Positions 59,613 to 64,000 of a stretch of 64,000 bases of DNA are shown here, one piece after another. Location of the stretch: assembly GCF_000181795.1 (NCBI RefSeq), contig NW_003526941.1, forward strand, positions 6,249,422-6,313,421, read 5' to 3'. Within the stretch, counting starts at the first letter, position 1; the number at the start of each line of letters is the position of its first letter. The notes under the pieces were generated by a model. The model was given only the letters and a program-made list of their open reading frames with translations, made no database searches and was not told the DNA's origin. The stretch is from Trichinella spiralis. Taxonomy: Eukaryota. The position numbers were made by a program, and so were the translations under genes.

Positions 59613-60465
59613 CTAGCAGCAGATGGTCAAATCGACCAGCGATTTGCTGAACAAAACTGACCCTTTTTGAATGGATTTGCGTTTCACTGTATCCAATTGA
59701 GCCTTGTTTGTTTTTTTTTATTTTTAACGAATAATGAAGCAAACAAAACAAGCAGAAGAAGACTAATAATAAAGAAATTCAGACATTCACTTGCCTCCAA
59801 GAAAATGGTGGCTTACGGTAATGAAGTTTACGATTGAAATTCCGTTCAGGCAATGGTGGTGGTTGGCGTTGCGCATTGCTCACGACAGGCTGGCGACAGT
59901 TAGCTGAGAAATTGTCGTCGATTTCTTCATAAATGTGCACTTCTGGCACCTCGACCACATGTTCAGCTGGCCATACTTTGTCACAGCCACTTACGTCGGG
60001 CATGTATTCCAAAGGTGATGATGATTGAACAACGCTGAGCAGATTTGTCTTGTCCCCAGGGAATTTCTGTACCTCTTCGACGTCCTGTTCAACGACAGCA
60101 GATTGGGATTCGACAGTGGTCATTTCTGGTATCATATTTTTGAATGTCCAGCGAGTTTCAGGTGTCCATTTGCGGAATATGCTGTCGGCTGCCAGAATCA
60201 AATCCAATTCACTGAGATCATAAAATTCAACTCCACGTTCCAGATCATCCGGTCTGCCGCCGCTGCTTGAACTGTACGTTGTGGACGGTGCGCTGCTGTA
60301 TCCAATACTGCTAGCATCGTCCGAGTTGGAGCAATGATCAGAGCACAGTTTGCAGGTGGACAGTTTTCTCTGGCCAACATCCGTCACCCTGACCGCCGAC
60401 TGAATGCAAACATTATCACGTAGATTCGATTCTCCATCTATTGTCGAGCATATCTTCTTTTCCAT
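59613..60465 (-). CDS. Hypothetical intrinsically disordered protein with SH2/SH3 ligand-like motifs
   Basis: 228-codon ORF with coding-like GC content. Donor after PPFSWRQ; probable last exon AQLDTVKRKSIQKGSVLFSKSLVDLTICC* ending at 59613. Motifs HIYEEI and PPPLPERN. Confidence 0.65.
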
Positions 60466-62680
60466 GCCAAAAGCTGAAACAAAATTATATATGTATTGAT
60501 TTTTAATAATTAATACGATATTTAATTATTTATGGTAAGACAAAAGAGAAATTCGAGTTCAAGGGGTAGGAATGTTCACTCTGTGTTCAGTAGTTGGTTA
60601 AAAATTTGCCGCACTGTTTAGTCAATAGAATTCTGTAATGGACCAACGTCGGTGAACCAGTTCTCATGGCTGCTGAGGTTGATTACCAAGCAAAATGATT
60701 GGACAAATCTCTGTCGAATTTTTACCGCTTTATACTTGCGCTAGCATTGTCGACCAGCCAATGGCGACTGTCAACGGGACTTTTTGATAAATACGGAAAT
60801 GGCCTGATGATGCCACTGGTGAATTATCACCAATTATTGCGCTTGCTTTTTGAAGATCTGAAGAAAAATGAATGCCAAGATTATTTATATTTTAAAATTG
60901 TTTTATTTTATTCCCATGTGACTATTTGTATTCATTTTTTAAAAAAATACTTATTTCAATTCTGCTCATTATGCTGAATTTAAAATCACTCTCAAGTAAC
61001 ATGTAGTTAATGTTGAAGAATTGGCACAACGCTTGCGCATTTGTACTTTATAAGAAATATGTAGATATTCAGTGATGAAAAGTTATTGATTGAATATTTT
61101 TTTGTAGAAACAAGAAATTAAACCTCAACGCAGCCGAATTTCCATTAACCATTCACATCCAGCTAACAACAATAATTAATAACTGCTTAACTGGAGTTCA
61201 GGGTAACAGTATCAATTAACAGTTCAGTTTGTATGGTCTGTCGACCTTGACAATGAATCATTGCCGTATAAAGAAGGCTTATCTCTATTCAGAGGTCGCG
61301 AGATGTCAGCTCAGCAGCAGCCTGGCCTGCTTGCTTTAACAATTCTCTCTCTTGCAACCAACGGCAGCGCAGGAAATGTCTAATCATCTTTTATCTTTTC
61401 ACTTCTGTCGGCGCAGACAGATCAAATTTTTTGCTTAACAAAAAATGTTTATGATCAATTAAATTATTTTTTACTTTTCAAATAAATATCATTGAAAAAT
61501 ATTTTTCAATTTCAGTTTTTTACAAAGATTTGAGCAGTAAATTGAAAAAAAATTTAATTTGAAGAATTTTTTTCATTTATGACAAAGTTGAATTCATTTG
61601 ATAATATTTTACCTAAATATTACTTCTTGCATTATTCATACTTGATTAATTAGCCATTACGGTATTATAAATGGTGCTCTTCTTTGTGCATTGTTGTGAA
61701 GTTTTATCCTTCCAGATGAAACAGTTTATCAAACAGGACGTGTCGATTTGTTTTCCCACATAACAACTGTATTCTCTTTTTATTTTAACTTTCATCACAT
61801 TGTCAAAATGCTGGTCAAAAATTCATGCATTTACTTTTTGACGTGATCACTGACAAAATGAAAAAGCAAACATAAATACGGTAAAGTCGATGCGAACTTT
61901 TCCACTTCAATTCAATGACAGGTAGTTAGTTAGTCATGCAAAGTGGAATATTTACTTGTTTAATGCAAAAACATTATTTTTGTATGTATATTGTATATTT
62001 TGTTGATATGTTGACGGAAAAAAAACGTGATAAGAAAAATTTTCATTCTTCTTCATATACAGTCGCATTTCTGATTATTAGAGAGCAATTAAATTAATTT
62101 AAATGAAGTTGCAGTTGTTTTGAATTTTTTCTGCTTTTGAAAAACTATTCAAACATTTCGAATTTTATCATCGTTTGTCAAATGTACCCATATTATACGT
62201 TCGTTATTTGTTACCGTGTTAACTGATGCTTAATTTTGTACATATTTGCATTTAATTTTTTTTACAATTTATATATTAATATTTCTCTCCTTAATTTCTT
62301 TCGATTATGCAACTTAAATTTTAACATTTGTTATGGTTTGTATGTACCATAAAATTTTTTATTTTTTTTTAGTTTTCATTATTTTGAATTTTCTGTTCCA
62401 AAGAATTTGTGGTCACTGATCTGAAGTTCAGTTTATTATAATTGTATAAGAGTTTTGTTTTTTTGTATTATTGGACTATTTATTAATTAATTTATTTATC
62501 ATAAATTTGAATTTTTTGAATTACATAACATTTCAGATATTGGTCGTTGGAACTTGCATATCATTTTACTGTAATTATAGGATCATTTTTTAACTTAAAA
62601 AGAATGTCATTCATCCATCTTCAGCGTGTGTAGCAGTGGATTTTGCATTTATGAATCAGTAGCTACTGGACGCGAATGAA

Positions 62681-64000
62681 ATGGCCGAGTGCAGTCGTCA
62701 GAAAGCTTCGACAAGCAACGGTGAGAAGATGACTAATTTGAGTGCATTGCCGCGGAACGTAAAAATCGCAAAATTGGGATGCTATGGTAAATGTCAGGTG
62801 CGACGATGTCGTTGTCGAGGTTGGAAGCGTCATCATTGTTGGCAAGATTCACTACCGGCCACTGAAGTGCATCTTTCTGAAACTTGCCGCTTATGCGGTG
62901 ACCCTTTTCGTAATGCTTTTTTTTAAGAATTATTACCTTTTTTTATTTTCCCAAACGCTTTTGAATGATTAAATTGTATTTTGAAATAAATGTTTTGTTA
63001 AATAATAGCTTTAAATTATCTTATCTTTGGATTTTTATAGATGGTACTATTTTTAAGTGTTATTCCATTTCAGGATGTCATATTAATCATTTGAAAGACA
63101 AAACGGACGACGAGATTGACAAGCTCATGGAAATGGCCTTGACAATGGAACGTCTGTACGCCATTAAACAACGTGAAACGAATGAAAATAGAAAGATGTT
63201 GTATCACTGTATATTCATGTCGTTGCGGCATTGCATTTCAGAAGGCCGTTCTTACCAGCTTGAATGCCCTTTGGGTAATCCGCCGTTTGAATCACCAAAC
63301 GTGATGGAATTGTTGAAATTGTTTCAAGCATCAAAGTATGCACTGTTGTGCTCCAGTATTTTAATTTTCTGATTCTGCGCACGAATAAAATGCATTTGTT
63401 TTAGCCATGCTTCCGGTTCGATTGAAAAGGATGCGAAAGATGCAACTGCAGTCGATTTGTTCGTTGCTTGGATTGACAGCTGCGTATTGTTGGCACCTGA
63501 GCAGGTGTTGAATCCAAAAACGTTGGAGGACTTGATTCAGGTCGAATATGCAGTTCACTACGGTCGTTGGTTTTTGTTCTGCCACGTGCCTGCTCGATGG
63601 GAATGCTTGAAACCGCAAAAGCCGTCTGTTATTTTTGGAGCAACTTTTCTGTTATCAGTTTTCGATAGTCTTCGTTCGGGTCTGCTTAAGGAGATCAGCC
63701 AGTACGCTGATCGATCGTTTTCGATGGTCAATCGGGTCGACTCACTGTTTGACCACTTGCACGCTTTTCTTTTGGACACCAAGTGCTGGTCGCAACCGTG
63801 TCTCCAACGTAGTCTGATTTCACTGCCCAACTCGTTGAGCTTTCATTATTACAATGATTTAAATGTCAAATCTGAACGTGCGACACTGAAAGAAGGACCG
63901 TCTGAATGTGCAATTAACGGTGATCGTTTGACTGTTCCATCTACATCTACGATAAATCATACAGCATCTCAGGTTGGACGTAAACGACGTCGATCGAGTT
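62681..64000 (+). CDS. pcaf-1: Histone acetyltransferase PCAF/GCN5 (KAT2), N-terminal part, runs off the window
   Basis: PCAF_N domain motifs KIAKLGCYGKC...CRCRGWK...CRLC...HINHL...LGNPPFESP and YAVHYGRWFLFCHVP. Third exon (from ~63405) is open to the window end. Confidence 0.88.

Overview
Eukaryotic genomic DNA: AT-rich, gene-dense, with mostly short (~50-90 nt) GT-AG introns and GC-richer exons. The style fits a nematode, probably clade I such as Trichinella (inference from intron style and gene content, not a database match). Gene order: a 5'-truncated giant extracellular TIG/EGF/Ig-like/cadherin protein (+); seven consecutive minus-strand genes (CNRIP1-like, ZNF598/Hel2, a small unknown ORF, RPL8/uL2, GTP cyclohydrolase I, MRCK kinase, an intronless DMSR/myosuppressin-type GPCR); an ~11 kb gene-poor interval containing a structured-RNA candidate; PP2C/PPM1A-B (+); a calmodulin-like EF-hand protein (-); TRAM (+); a disordered adaptor-like protein (-); and the 5' part of PCAF/GCN5 (+). 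No tRNA, rRNA, CRISPR array or intact transposon was recognised. The best leads are a Sm-site-bearing structured RNA candidate (~45.74-45.91 kb), a duplicated splice donor in RPL8 that would create a premature stop, a C/D-box snoRNA candidate in a TRAM intron, operon-like spacing after RPL8, and an orphan protein with YEEI and PxxPxR motifs. Exon boundaries were read by eye and need RNA-seq confirmation.
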